DNA of 64,000 nucleotides from Methanotrichaceae archaeon (GCA_963748825.1 CAVVKN010000012.1:1-64000), one strand, 5' to 3'. Shown: positions 43,314 through 55,520, counted from the first letter of the stretch. Notes: generated by a model from the letters alone, not told the origin. Made by a program: numbers and translations.

Positions 43314-46208
43314 TTACCTCATGCCTCTTGGAGTCAGTCCCAGGATGCTGCCCAAATTGCCCATGCGCCTAATGATCTTCTCGGAGTTGATCCTGACCCT
43401 GAACTCATGGGACATTGACCTACGTGCCGCTCTGCGGCCTTCTTTGTAGCTTACAGTTACAGTTATAATGACTTTTATATCCTCTTTGAGTCGTTCTGAG
43501 GGAGGCAATTTAGTCATGTCTGGGACAAATCGATAAAAGACCTCTTTCTCAGACAAGGCAGACAAATAAGCCACTTTTAGGGGTAATGCCATTTCATCTT
43601 GGCCACAGTTGTAGCTGGCCTCAATGTCAACACGCAGGTCCTGAGCAGATTCGCGATCATCAGGACTGCTCAGAATTATGCCTAATTCAACCTCTTCACC
43701 CTCGACGGCCTCTTTGGATCCACGCAGTTCAATTTTCATCTCACTGGCATCGGGCTGCTTGACCTGCAGGACGCACATGGGAATCATCATCTCCTGAATG
43801 GAGATTCCCCCATGGGTGAAGGCATCAGGCTTATGGCCTCCCTTTCTGCTAAAATAATATCTGATTTTAGGAAACACGATCGAATGATATGTTTTGTTTA
43901 TCTTAGTGTTCGTTCGTCTGTCTGAAATTATAACCTCTTTGCTAGGCATTCGAAGCTGAGATGGGGTGAAACTTATCATGTTCTCCTTGATCCGGTCAGG
44001 AATCCTTGAGAAGAGAAGAGATTGCTTTAGCCGGCAGTTCAAATAGGAGCAGTCGTACTCGTCATTCAAATCCTCTTCATTGAACCATATCGGCTCACGG
44101 CCCACCTGAACGAAGCCGTGATCTGCGGTTATGAACACTTTTGTCCCGGGCGAAAGGCCGCGGACAATCTCCATAACTTCGTTCTTCAATATGTCTTTGA
44201 TGAGCTGGGTATAAATGAAAGCTATCGGCCTTGATGGGATGAGTCTGCCATCGGAGAGCTCTTTCATCTTGATCTTGTGCAGCTCCTTATCACAGAGTTC
44301 GAATATGTAAACATCGAGGTTCCCGGCTCGATAGTGCACGGTTTCGCCAGTGCCGGCTCCATCGGGATTTACCACATCAACTTGGCCAGCATAGCGAAAC
44401 TCGCGTGCCAGCGCCTCTTTTAGAAGATCATCTTCGCCACGACGAGAATCAAACTCATCCGGATTGGCTCCAGCACTGATAGCTTTTCTTGTGATATGGG
44501 TTTCGGAGGGCAGAAGCGAGGATGCTGGATAGTCCTTGATCAGATCCATGCGTCCCATCAGCATGGGACGAAAGAGCTCATCCCAGATATCGTATCGCAT
44601 GCCATCGAAGATAAACAGGACTGCCTTCTCTTTCTCAGGGTCCCAATGAGGTTTGATACATCTTCTCAGGATCTGGCTGGTCAGGATTACATCGCCATCC
44701 TTTTCGATCCATGAAGGATACTGTTTCTTGACCATCTCCTGGAAGCGAAGGTTGATTTCGTCAAGCAGGTCATTTGTCTTCTCCGTGACCTCTTGTATCC
44801 GCTGCTTTATGTGATCCAGAGATTCCAGGAATACCTTTGGCAGCCTATCGCTGGAACAGGGCAAGAGCCTCTGGCCTTCTGATAGCCTTGCCAAGCGGGA
44901 GAGATTGTATTCAAGTCGATTGATCTCCTTTTTGTTCCAGAGATCGCGGAAAAACTCGAAAGAGAAATCATCCTTGGTAACCCGCATCTTACGGAGAGCT
45001 TCGAAGAGAGAGCTTCTAAGCCGGCGGATCTCATAGGCCAGAAGGTATGCCGTTTTGAGATTTGACCAGGAGCTCGATTCCCGAAGATCTACAAACCTGG
45101 CACCTTTATGACCACCAGAGATTACTTCATTGATCTTTCTATGCTCGGTCGGGCTCGCTTCACTTGTGAGAAGATCCTCAAGAGCCGCAAGAAGTGCCAG
45201 AGATCTGAGAAAAGTTGAATATTCTTCCTTCTCAATCACAGAGGCAAAATTCTTAGCATCCATTATCTTCATCTGGTCGATGAGCAGGAGCTTCAGGGAC
45301 TCCTGGGAGAGAGAGTCCTCCAAGTCGCTCAAGTCGGAGTCGGCCTGGAGGAAATCCAGCTCAACCAGCTTTGGAGCTGCCTCTTTCAGGACTTCGGCTT
45401 TTATATTGGATAGTGGTTTCAACGATGGGTCGATGTTGGCGAGCATTAGCTGCCAGTTGTCGAAGTGCTGGGCCAGAATGGCAGACAGATAAAAAGCTCT
45501 GATGACCCTCTCAGGATCATGATCGCCAAACCAGCAGAAGGGAGGCTCTGCTTGCGAGAACTGGTCCTTGATGGGCTTGATAATATCCGCAGCCAAATAT
45601 TCGAGCATCCTCAGCTCTTCATGCTTCAAAAGTCCTATCGTCCAGAGGTCCCTTGAATCGAGCTTTTTAAAAGCTTTTTCGGGCACGCCGAGGGTTGCGA
45701 AGGCGACAATGGTCTTGAAGTCATGATCTGTGAAACGTCTTTCGTCTGCAGTTCGAAGGTTGGAATGAGCACGAAGCGTTCCTTCGATGTTCTTTACGAT
45801 CAACCTCGCATAGCGGGATTCATTGGCTTCTGCAGGCCAGTTGGAGTCCCCAGTTTTCTCTTTCAGGAACTCGCGAAGATCCAGTCGTATCCTGGCCTCC
45901 TGGGGTGTTTTGGCCAGGAAATCCGGATAGAATAGAGGAGGTGCCTTGTTTATCGCTGACCTGGCCCTCCGAGACTCTGGAGTTCGATCAATGAGAAGTA
46001 TCTTCGGCGTTTGCGGATCCGAACTGGCCGCCTCATAAAGCTCGCGGAAGACCAGGTTAGTAGAGGCTGGTATTGCGGTGAAGCCATTACTTGTGGCAAA
46101 CTCATTGATGATGCTGTCAGGCTTGAGGAGCTGCAAGGGGTCGCTTACAAGAACCCGAGGGCTATCCTTTACATCTTCAAGCTTTGATAAGACCCAGTCT
46201 TTCAGCAT
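43314..46208 (-). CDS. pglZ: PglZ-domain protein (alkaline phosphatase fold)
   Basis: FIFDGMRYD, LLPSET, D..LH, ITADHGF, FTHGGIS.QEM.IP. Confidence 0.88.
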   Translation of the reverse strand: MLKDWVLSKLEDVKDSPRVLVSDPLQLLKPDSIINEFATSNGFTAIPASTNLVFRELYEAASSDPQTPKILLIDRTPESRRARSAINKAPPLFYPDFLAKTPQEARIRLDLREFLKEKTGDSNWPAEANESRYARLIVKNIEGTLRAHSNLRTADERRFTDHDFKTIVAFATLGVPEKAFKKLDSRDLWTIGLLKHEELRMLEYLAADIIKPIKDQFSQAEPPFCWFGDHDPERVIRAFYLSAILAQHFDNWQLMLANIDPSLKPLSNIKAEVLKEAAPKLVELDFLQADSDLSDLEDSLSQESLKLLLIDQMKIMDAKNFASVIEKEEYSTFLRSLALLAALEDLLTSEASPTEHRKINEVISGGHKGARFVDLRESSSWSNLKTAYLLAYEIRRLRSSLFEALRKMRVTKDDFSFEFFRDLWNKKEINRLEYNLSRLARLSEGQRLLPCSSDRLPKVFLESLDHIKQRIQEVTEKTNDLLDEINLRFQEMVKKQYPSWIEKDGDVILTSQILRRCIKPHWDPEKEKAVLFIFDGMRYDIWDELFRPMLMGRMDLIKDYPASSLLPSETHITRKAISAGANPDEFDSRRGEDDLLKEALAREFRYAGQVDVVNPDGAGTGETVHYRAGNLDVYIFELCDKELHKIKMKELSDGRLIPSRPIAFIYTQLIKDILKNEVMEIVRGLSPGTKVFITADHGFVQVGREPIWFNEEDLNDEYDCSYLNCRLKQSLLFSRIPDRIKENMISFTPSQLRMPSKEVIISDRRTNTKINKTYHSIVFPKIRYYFSRKGGHKPDAFTHGGISIQEMMIPMCVLQVKQPDASEMKIELRGSKEAVEGEEVELGIILSSPDDRESAQDLRVDIEASYNCGQDEMALPLKVAYLSALSEKEVFYRFVPDMTKLPPSERLKEDIKVIITVTVSYKEGRRAARRSMSHEFRVRINSEKIIRRMGNLGSILGLTPRGMR

Positions 46209-46217
46209 GTTGCCACC

Positions 46218-49200
46218 TCATTCCAACTGTAGCATCTGCCTTGAATCAGGATCACCGTCTTCAAACTGCTCCTCCAGGAACTTCTTGAAGGCAGAGACCA
46301 GGCCGTCGATCTGATTTCGCTCGATAGTCCTGGTGATCGGCTTGAAGTCCGAGATGCGTACCGATTTGACTAAAACTCTCAACAGATACTTGTTTATCTT
46401 GTCTACTAAGGTTGGATCTCGGAGGCTGCTTTCTGTCAGGTAAGACCTAACTTCGCTCGGGCTCTGGCATTTTAGCAGGGCTGCGATCTCAGGTTCGTTC
46501 TCTCCCTGCTTCAGCCTCTCTTTAATTCCTGGGCTTAAGAAGAACTCCATTTTCTTATTGATAGTATCATCGAAGATCCTCTGAGCCTCTTCAGACTTCT
46601 GAGAAGCGAAGTCAAGATGCTTGGATGCGCCGCCAAAGGAGAGGCCGCAACCATGTTCCGGCTTGACCCTCAGATCTTTATCAATCGAGGACCGGGATTG
46701 TTCGGGACAGGAGAAGATTTCCTCAGATAGTTTCTGGAGCCTTGCTTTGATTTCCACGGAATCGTTCTGTTGAATTGCTTTGATCTTTTCCAGGACACCA
46801 AGGGCTTTCATCTCATTGCTCTGAAGTATCTCCCGGATCATGCGGCGGTTTTCGTCGATCCTCACCAGGACGTTGTCGTGCATGGTGGCATACTTGACTG
46901 TGTACTCGTGGATGAAGGACCAGAGCGTGCCGGACTCGCCGGCCTGCGGGGGATTCTTGCCTATCAGTTCTGAGCTGAGTTTCACTTCCGAATCGATATA
47001 GGGCTGCAAGTTCTTCAACTTCAGAGAGAGGGCCTTTTGCATCTCTTTGAGCGATGAGAGTTCCTGCTGGTCCGGGAGGACGTAGCTGCAGTAGATCTGG
47101 GCGGTCTCCAGCTCCCTCTCGAATTCGAGGAATCTCTTTATTTTGCGGTAGTTGTCCAGCCGATTAGCCAGATCATCGATCTCTCTTTGGTCTGGGCTCG
47201 TCTGCTGGAAGACTCTGTATCCAAAGGCTTGGTCTAAAGCATAGAGCACAGCCTCGATGTCCTTGCCGCCGCGAAGATCGTTGGCAAAGAAGGCCGCAGC
47301 CTGCTCTACCTCTTTCTCGTAGGGATTATTCGTGGCTAGCAGAGAGAAAAGCTCTTTAGCTTTTGCCAGGACTTCTAAAGATTGATCTCTCTCTTTTTCG
47401 AAGGTCTCAATAAGCTCCTTGCGGTACCCAGAGATGATGGCATCATCGTTGGTATTCTTCAGTTCATGCCCGAGTAGCTTCTCGGCGTAAGGGCGCAGGA
47501 CTTCCCAATTCTCTGGGTGGAGCCAGCCGCTGCACTTCAAGCATGGAGTCGAGCACTCTAGCTGTGAAGTCGATGTCAGATATGTTCGAGTAATCGACAT
47601 AGTTGGAAGGAAGCCCGGACTTTGGCCCCAGAGCTATTCTGATCTTGCCCTGCTGGACCAGGCAGAGGAGATAGATCTGGACCATGCGGCGGGAGAGGCC
47701 GTAGTTCTTGCCATTGGGCCCGCCTACGCCCATGAAGTTCTTCATCAGGGTGTCAATTTTGATGGCCTGGCCGCCTTCGCCGCTCTTTGATTCGATGAAG
47801 GACAGGATATCGGAAACGTGGCTGTTTGCAGATGTATCCAAAACTCTTTCGGCGCCTCTCCGGACGATCTTCAAGCCTGGGCCGAAGTTCAGGGCTGCGC
47901 TGATGTTTTTATCCTGCTTGGCACCCTTGGGGATCTGGCCGGTCTTGACGATGCCGTTTATGACGTTTACTCCGTACTCTTTGGTGAAGACCAGATTTCC
48001 CTCAAATTCAATATCCCTGGAGTCGTAAGCAGCCCTTAGGACACGATCGACGATGGGTGGGAGAATGCCTGGCAGCTCTCCAGCCACGTGAAAGTCCATC
48101 CTGGAGTTGTTGAGGGCGTCCATCCGGCCTCGGTCATAGCTGCTGTCCACGATCTTTTTTATTCGAGCCATTTCCCTTTGGAGCTGCTCAGCTACCCAGT
48201 TTATAATGGCGATGGCGTCTTCGCTGTCCTTTCCCTGGCTGTCGGCAACCAGCTTCCTGTAGGCGGCAAAGTCCAGGAGCCGATCTCTCTCCTCTGCGGT
48301 CAGCTCCTCCGGTGTCCATACGATCATCCTCGGATCGTTTCTCTGCAAGAGTATCTTGTTGAGGGTGCTCTGGTCTAAAGGCTTAGTTCCCACAAAGACG
48401 GCAAAGTCCAGGTCGGAATCCGGGCTGGCGATGGCTGGTAGAATCAGGCTGTCGGATACTACCCTTCCCAGATCCAGCATCTCAATTCTTCCTGCGATCT
48501 GGCGATTCTGCCAGTTTACAGACAGGTTCTGGGGCCCGGCCTTTGCCGTGGACCTTTCCTCCCAGGGGCCCACGAAGGCAGCAATATCTCGGAAGATAGA
48601 TCTAACGCCGTTTTCCAGATAAATGGTCATCTGGCGGGTGCGCACCGGCCACTCGTCGAGGGCCAGGAGGTGGTTCCATGCCTCCTGCTGCATGAGAAGG
48701 TTGGACTCGGACTCCGCTCTGGCTTTTTCAAATTCGCGTTTGGGGTTCTTGCTGGTTATTATGATGGGTCGAAGCGGAACCTGGGGCGGTTATCCTCATC
48801 GTAATTTGCGACTATCTGCGGCAGCTCTTTGCCAAGACTGTCGGCAATGGTCTCATAGTGCTGGATGTTCTCATCCACGGTGGCATCCGGGCTTCTTTCC
48901 GTAAGGACGGAGTTGGCTATCTCCTCAGGGGTCAAGCCTTGCTGACGGGTCTTAGAAACGTAATAGAGAAAGAGGGTTTGCAATGTCTTGATGGATCGGT
49001 CCCGATACACCTTCAAGGTTCCCTTTGTGATGCTATCAATCTGCTTCTTGCAGATTTCGTAGATCCTGTACTCGGTATCTTTGCTTGCCCGCAGAGCTTT
49101 GATTCCGGCGTATGTGCCGCTGGGGTCTTCTTCATAGGTCAGGGCTTCATCGAAGAAGTCCCAGAGGCGGATCAATTCAGTGCCTTGAATCTTCATCTGA

Positions 49201-50571
49201 TATTTCAGGGTCTGATGCATGAAGTGAATGGCAGATCTGGTGGTGGTCAGCTCGTAGGTGATGGCTCTGAAGGACTTCGATGGCTGGTTTATGGAAGGGG
49301 AAGAAGCGCCAAACTCGTCTTCACTTATGGCGTTGGACCAGGTGAAGCCGCGTTTATAGTAGGAGTAGTAGCTGGTTATAGCATCAGGCTTGATATATAT
49401 CTCGAACGCGGGAGAGGACGATATCATAATAGTCCTTCTCATCCTTGAGCAGGGGAATGAGCTTCAGCCGGTCATCGGCTATGATGTTCTTGGCACCCAT
49501 CTTGGATTCTATGGCCTGCTGGGCAGCGCAGACGGTCCAGATGGGAAGATTGTGAACTCTGGTCAGGACGGTTGGACAGGACCAGGAGGGTCTTCTCGTC
49601 TTCGGTCCTCTGAGTTCTCGTCTCGATCCTTCATGAAAAGAGAGACCTCGTCCAGCAACAGAAGAATGCCGCTGTAGCCCTCGGCCATGATGGCCTTAGC
49701 CATGTGCACCAGGATCTCCTCCAGATCAGCTTCGATGCGCGGTCTGACCTTCAGGTATTCGTCATAAAATCTCCAGAGTTTGTTGCCGCAAGATTCCTTG
49801 TATGCGGGAGATTTATCGTCCTGAATCTCGCGGATGAATTCGTCTACATCCTCAAACTCGTCTTCTTCAAAGAAGCGTGGATCTCGGAGAAACTTCTTGA
49901 GATCATTTCTGTATCGATCTAAATCGTCACTGATGAATCGATCTGCCAGCAGTTCCACCGGATAAAGGGAAATATTTTTTCCCAGACTCCCGCAAAAGTT
50001 GCTCCTTTGCCTCATCCAGGATGTAATCCAACAGGCGTCTCCCGGAGCCTACACCGTCTGCGCTTCTGCCACCTGATCCTACCAGTGTTTTCACGACGAC
50101 GAAGATGCCCTTATTGGGAGCAGAGCTCTTGGCCTCAAGGCCTTCTTCCCAGAACTGGTAGAGCGATTCTCGCTTTCCCCGACCGGCTTTTTGCTCTTTT
50201 TCTCGGACCAGTTCCCAGGAATCCTTCGAGCCCAGAGCAAGCGAGGCCAGGAAACAGAGGAGATGGGACTTTCCGGAGCCGAACTCGGCCTGGATCCAGT
50301 AGCCCTGGCCGATAGGATCGCCCACCCGGTCCGGCCGGTAGGGGGCGGCCATCTTGCGGAAGATGTCGTTTAAGAAGTGACGGACGGGATCGATCTGAAA
50401 CTCCTGGATGGTTTTAAGCTCCGGTTTTCTCAGGCGGAAGGCATCAGGGTCGAGGTGGCCTCCAGCCCAGACGTGCTGCTCCAGAGTGTAAACGGAGATA
50501 ATTTTATCAGGAATCTTGCAGATCTTGTCCAGGCTTTCGCGGAAGGTCAGAATGTCCGATTTTGCCGCCAT
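46218..50571 (-). pseudogene. BrxC/PglY-like large P-loop ATPase (about 1450 aa) split by at least four frameshifts (real or assembly error)
   Basis: Walker A AEFGSGKSH, Walker B LLLLDEVS; five consecutive same-strand fragments directly upstream of pglZ. Confidence 0.72.
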
Positions 50572-50686
50572 TTCAATCCCTTCCGTGACTGCTTTCTACG
50601 AACTTTGCCCCAGGTTTTGTTCCTCGCATTCCAACATCTCAATTAGTCCACATTCAATCTCTCTCAAAACTCTATCGATCAGACTC

Positions 50687-50770
50687 CTGACTCATGAGTC
50701 ATGACTCATGACTCATGGTCACTGACTCCGATCAGACTCAAGACTTATTACTAATGACTTATTACTAAGA
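50687..50770. repeat. TGACTCA heptamer tandem plus a 13-14 bp direct repeat in a divergent intergenic region
   Basis: tgactca tgagtca tgactca tgactca tggtcac tgactcc ... gacttattactaat gacttattactaag. Confidence 0.8.
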
Positions 50771-50857
50771 ATTCAGGACCGGGGATTATGGATTTGACCT
50801 TTCGAGCAGGAGCTGTGGGATCGCGATGTATTGGGATTCGATTAGGGTGATTGATTT

Positions 50858-51943
50858 ATGTACAGGTCCATAGAGGTTGACAACTTTCGGGGTTTCCGCA
50901 GACTTGTTATGGACAACCTGAGCAGGATCAATCTAGTTGCAGGCGTGAATAACGTCGGCAAGACGGCTCTACTTGAGGCTATTTTCATACATTCCGGGGC
51001 ATACAATCCCTCTATTACTATGAGCCTGGACAATTTTCGCGGTATCGACAGACTTCATATCGAAATAGGAAGCTTTGAAAAGACACCCTGGGATTCGCTA
51101 TTTTATAATTTTGATAGATCGAAAGAAGTAGAGATTAGCGGTGAATTCGAAGAGGGCGGCAGCAGGAAGATTCATTTGCGGGTGATAAGCCCGGCGGATG
51201 AGCCTTCAGAAAGCCTTCCGGTCATTCATTACGACACCATGAAGCTGCAAAAGATGGACTTATCTCCAGACAATACCCTCCTCTTGAAATTGGATTATGA
51301 GGAGTCTCCTGGAGAGAAGACGGGAAGCGCATTCTTAATTATCGATCAGCAGGGCGTAAGATCCTCCCTGGCAAGACGTTCACCTTTCCCGGTTTACTTT
51401 CTGCCGGCTCGCTTTCGCATTCCTCTGGCGGAGGAAGCAGAAAAGTATGGAAAGCTGGAGATATCCGGCAAGCAGGATGTGCTTTTGGAGGCTCTTCGCA
51501 TCATCGAGCCGAAGCTGCAGCGCGTCACCGTGGTGGCCATGGGCGGCGTTCCCATCCTGTATGGAGACATTGGCCTGGAACAGATGCTTCCTCTCTCCTA
51601 CATGGGCGACGGGATGTCAAGGCTGGCGAGCCTAATTTTGGCCATCGGAAATGCCAAGAACGGCGTAGTCCTCGTTGACGAAATTGAGAATGGTTTTCAT
51701 CATAAGGTAATGGCAAAAGTGTGGAGTGCCATAGCAAAAGCCGCCCGGAGATTCAATTGTCAGGTATTCGCCACAACCCACAGTTTGGAGTGCATCGCTT
51801 CGGCTCACAAAGCCTTCTCAGAAGAGGATCGTTACGATCTTTTAGTTCACCGACTGGATCAAACGGATGATAAGGTTTCAGCGACTGCCTTCGGACAGGA
51901 TGAGCTGGACGTAGCTTTTGAGATGAAGATGGATATCAGATGA
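50858..51943 (+). CDS. ABC/AAA_15-AAA_21-type ATPase
   Basis: NFRGF, GVNNVGKT, MGDGM signature, VLVDEIENGFH, TTHS. Confidence 0.9.
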   Translation: MYRSIEVDNFRGFRRLVMDNLSRINLVAGVNNVGKTALLEAIFIHSGAYNPSITMSLDNFRGIDRLHIEIGSFEKTPWDSLFYNFDRSKEVEISGEFEEGGSRKIHLRVISPADEPSESLPVIHYDTMKLQKMDLSPDNTLLLKLDYEESPGEKTGSAFLIIDQQGVRSSLARRSPFPVYFLPARFRIPLAEEAEKYGKLEISGKQDVLLEALRIIEPKLQRVTVVAMGGVPILYGDIGLEQMLPLSYMGDGMSRLASLILAIGNAKNGVVLVDEIENGFHHKVMAKVWSAIAKAARRFNCQVFATTHSLECIASAHKAFSEEDRYDLLVHRLDQTDDKVSATAFGQDELDVAFEMKMDIR

Positions 51944-52569
51944 CTCTGAAGACTTTGGACGCCCCGGGCAGCATCGAAGAGAGGCATCTCTTGATTGTGG
52001 AGGGAATCGATGATGCACTTTTCTGCGAGGCCTTTATTCGACGCCTGAATCTCTCTGCAATAGAGATATGGCCAATTGGCGGCAAGACAAATCTAAAGCG
52101 GAATCTGGGATTGCTCAAGAAACTTTCCGGATTTGCCGGGGTGATCGCTCTTGGGATCATTCGAGATGCCGATGACAATCCCTGGGGTGCTTTTGAGAGC
52201 GTTTGTCAGGCCTTGAGGGAGAGCAATCTTCCCGTGCCTGGCGGCCCTGGGCTTCGGTCGGATGGAGTTCCAGTGGTAAGGGTTATGATTCTGCCGGATG
52301 CAGAGAGTCCCGGCAATCTCGAATCGCTTTGCCTGAGGTCGATCTCTGAGGATCCCGTTCTGAGTTGTGTAAGCCGGTATTTTGAATGTCTTGACGATCT
52401 GGGGATCTCAACCGGAGAGATAGACAAAGCGAGAGTGCAAGTCTATCTTGCCTCAATGGAGAAGCCGGACAGGAGACTGGGCGAGTCGGCACTGGCAGAT
52501 TGCTGGCCGCTCGACAATCGGGCTTTCGACAGCATGTTGCAGTTTCTCCTCAGCGTCGGCAACATTTGA
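51940..52569 (+). CDS. TOPRIM-like protein (DUF3226/DUF4435-like), coupled to the ATPase
   Basis: LIVEGIDD, GG, GIIRDAD, G.LE.L; 4-bp overlap with the ATPase. Confidence 0.75.
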   Translation: MTLKTLDAPGSIEERHLLIVEGIDDALFCEAFIRRLNLSAIEIWPIGGKTNLKRNLGLLKKLSGFAGVIALGIIRDADDNPWGAFESVCQALRESNLPVPGGPGLRSDGVPVVRVMILPDAESPGNLESLCLRSISEDPVLSCVSRYFECLDDLGISTGEIDKARVQVYLASMEKPDRRLGESALADCWPLDNRAFDSMLQFLLSVGNI

Positions 52570-52588
52570 CGCCAGGCAGGAGAGCCTC

Positions 52589-55177
52589 TTAAATCTCTTC
52601 GGCCTTCCCGGCCTTTCTGCTTCGCTTTGCTCTCTTCTCGGATCCACCCGCACGGGCCAGCATCTTGCCACAGATCTGGTAGTCCTCGTCCGCGTTCACC
52701 TGGCTCTCTTCGGTCAGGCTCTCCAGGTTGAGGCCGCCTTTCTCGTAGAGCAGTTTGCCCTGCTCGTACATGCCGGAGCGCTTGCAGTGGCGGATCCAGT
52801 CGGCCAGGGTGGCGTCGCCCGGCCGCTCGCCCGCGGGCACGGGCACGCCCTGCTCCAGATAGGCCAGGTAGCGCTTGATCCTGCGGCTGACGCCCTGAGA
52901 GCGGCCCTCTTTCTTGATCTGCTCTTCTTCAGGGGAGGCAGGCAGGCGGTAGGTGCCCTCATCGGTTTTGTAGAAGTAGTCGAGGAGCCACTCGACCAGA
53001 GGCCGGCGCGGCTTGTCCTTTGGCCGGAACGACGTAGACGTAGTGCTCGAATATGTCGGAGTAATGGACGCCTTCATCCTCAGGCTTCTTGGATTTGGCA
53101 ATGAACCCTTTGATGATATCAGCGGCAGCATCTTCTTTGCCGGACTCGGCAGAATCGTCGATCTCCGTCTCCCGCAAGTACCAACGGGCATGCGCCGTTG
53201 GCCTCACCTTCGGGATGAAAAGGCTCAGCCACCTGGGAAAGAAGGTCCTCGAAATTGTGGGACTCCATCCGGCCCCGGCGCACCATGCGGCTGACAACCT
53301 CGTCGAAGATGCGGTCCTTGGTAGAGCCTGGATTTGAAGTAAGGTAAATGGTTATGATGTTTTTGACCTTGTCCTGGAAGGTGCCAAAGTCGTCAAGTTC
53401 CGTGATTAATTCGGGACGCCTAATTCATCCGGCTTGGGCTTGCGGAAGTTGATCACCAGGTCGCGTCTTATTGACTTTATCTGCGGTCATCTTGATTGAA
53501 TGTGTTTTCTGACCAGTATCGATAAACAGCGCAGAGTCTGTCTTTCTCAACTACAAATCCAACTTCAGCCATGATATCTTGAATCAAAGCCCATGTTCCC
53601 TCAGATGTATCGTGATAACATAGGGAAATGCCACCCGACCGGGCTTGAGAACGCGACAACATTCAAACATAGCCTTTCGCATGTCATTTGCCCAATCAGC
53701 TCTCTGGTCTTTCCGCTGACTTCATTGACTATAATCTCTTCATTATGCCATCTGGTATCGAAGTCCAAGCCATGCTTCCCAGATAAAGTTCAGTTCGCCA
53801 TACTGAATATTGCCTGCATAAGGAGGATCGGTAAAAATATAATCGATTGACTCTGCTGGTATATCTCTGAGATTGACAGCTGTACTCTGTGTAGAAATGA
53901 TTCAGATCATTATTTAGATTGTTGAGACTGCAGGTAATCCCCGCTCTTAGCCGTCCAAATTTTGCTTCATATGATTGCTCCAAGTACATTGATTTCTCGG
54001 GATATCTGCGGAATATAATATGTTCCTTTAAGATATCATGTTAACCACTCTGCACGCTATCGATACATCTTGAGCAGTCCTAGATAGGATTGACTTGAAA
54101 CGCAAAACAGCAGCATTGCATTTATGTTGCTATCAGTATTGATCTATTGTTTCAAGCACTGCCGCCAGCGCCCACAGGTTGCGCTTGGTGAAAAGCTCAT
54201 CAACCGTTCTAAAGTTGCTTGTTCCTGCTACTCCATTTAACGCCCCAGCATTCTTGAACATCCTCAGGAGCATTCATCATCCTGTGCTGTAGGATACCAG
54301 TGCGGTATCTCCTTCCCTTCGATCTCTTTGATCTTGCTCAGGTCATATCGTCTCGAAGAACTCCCGCTTCCTCGGATCGGGATCATCATGCCTGCGCTCA
54401 TCTCTTGCTGGCTTGCACCCATTCTCGCAGATGTAGCTCACCAACACCGGCACGGCCCCGAATTTCTCGCTCGAAGTGCTGATCTCTTCGGTAATCCCGC
54501 GCTTCTGGCAGTGAGGACAGACCCTGACCTTCTTGGGCTTCCCAGCCTTGGTCCTTCCCTCCACCTCCGGGCAGTCGAAGAGCGCCACCTTCTCCATGCA
54601 CCTGCGGGCACTGGAAAACCTGCGAGTAAACCGTGTAAGCCGTGGTCGCCTTTCCGCCGCATCGATCGCACCGGGTCTCATAGAGCCAGTCGATCTCCGG
54701 CTTGACCTTTGCCTTCAGCTCCTCAAAGGCCGCCTGCAGCTCATCCACATCCACCGGCGTGCAGTAGTTCTTGGTGATGAAGGTGGCCGCAGGCGAGCGA
54801 TCGATGGCGATGGCTTTGCGGCCCTCCATGAGCGCTGCCAGGGCTGTTCCGCCCGAGCCGCAGAAGGGATCGAGCACCAGATCGCCCGGTTTGGTGTAGT
54901 GGCGGATGTACTCCCGGATGGCGTCGTGGGGCTTCTTGGACCAGTAGGTGTGCATGTTGTAGATGGCTGTGGCCTTGGTGGTCTCGATGGCATGGTCGAA
55001 GGCCGGGACATCGTACTTATCGGTCTCGGGATCGTAAGGCCGCTCTGCCAGGTGCGCCTCCACGAAGGCCCGCAGGTTGGGATTGGGCTTGTCGCCGGAG
55101 TAGTAGCCCTCGGGCATCTGCGGGACGGGGCGCCTTCGCGCCGCTGTCTTCTTGCGCTCGTCTTTCCATTCGGTCAT
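52589..55177 (-). pseudogene. PglXI-like amino-DNA methyltransferase, multiply frameshifted
   Basis: [33 protein letters not shown]; CDRC/C..C zinc motifs; [10 protein letters not shown] at about 53818-53847. Confidence 0.8.
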
Positions 55178-55294
55178 GGTTCGGTCCTTTCAGCTAAGAT
55201 CTTGGGGGCTCTGGTGGAAGGCCCCGTGATAAGCTTGCAACCACACATCAACACTGTCTTCAACATCCCTTAGTCCGCCTTTTTGGGTTATCTA

Positions 55295-55495
55295 CTTCAT
55301 GTAAACCCATTGCGTGTCACAAACCTGTGTTTGATGACACACAAATGGATTTGTGGATCATATATTAGACGCAAACTCTGTTGTGTATCATAGATACTCG
55401 TTTGGTGATACACAAACAGATTTGTGTTTCATATAATACATGCAAATTCCGTATGCAAATCATAGAACTCTGTTTGATGGTACACAACAGAAGTC
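55295..55495. repeat. Degenerate array of about 26-bp palindromes with a period of about 71 bp
   Basis: tgacacacaaatggatttgtggatca (55335), tgatacacaaacagatttgtgtttca (55406), tggtacacaacag (55478), with inverted copies between them. Confidence 0.7.
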
Positions 55496-55520
55496 CATGA
55501 TGATATGGTAATGGACTGCA

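Noticed and set aside
55295-55495. CRISPR array
   Set aside because: Repeats are degenerate and alternate in orientation, the intervening sequences are themselves repeated, and no cas genes are present.
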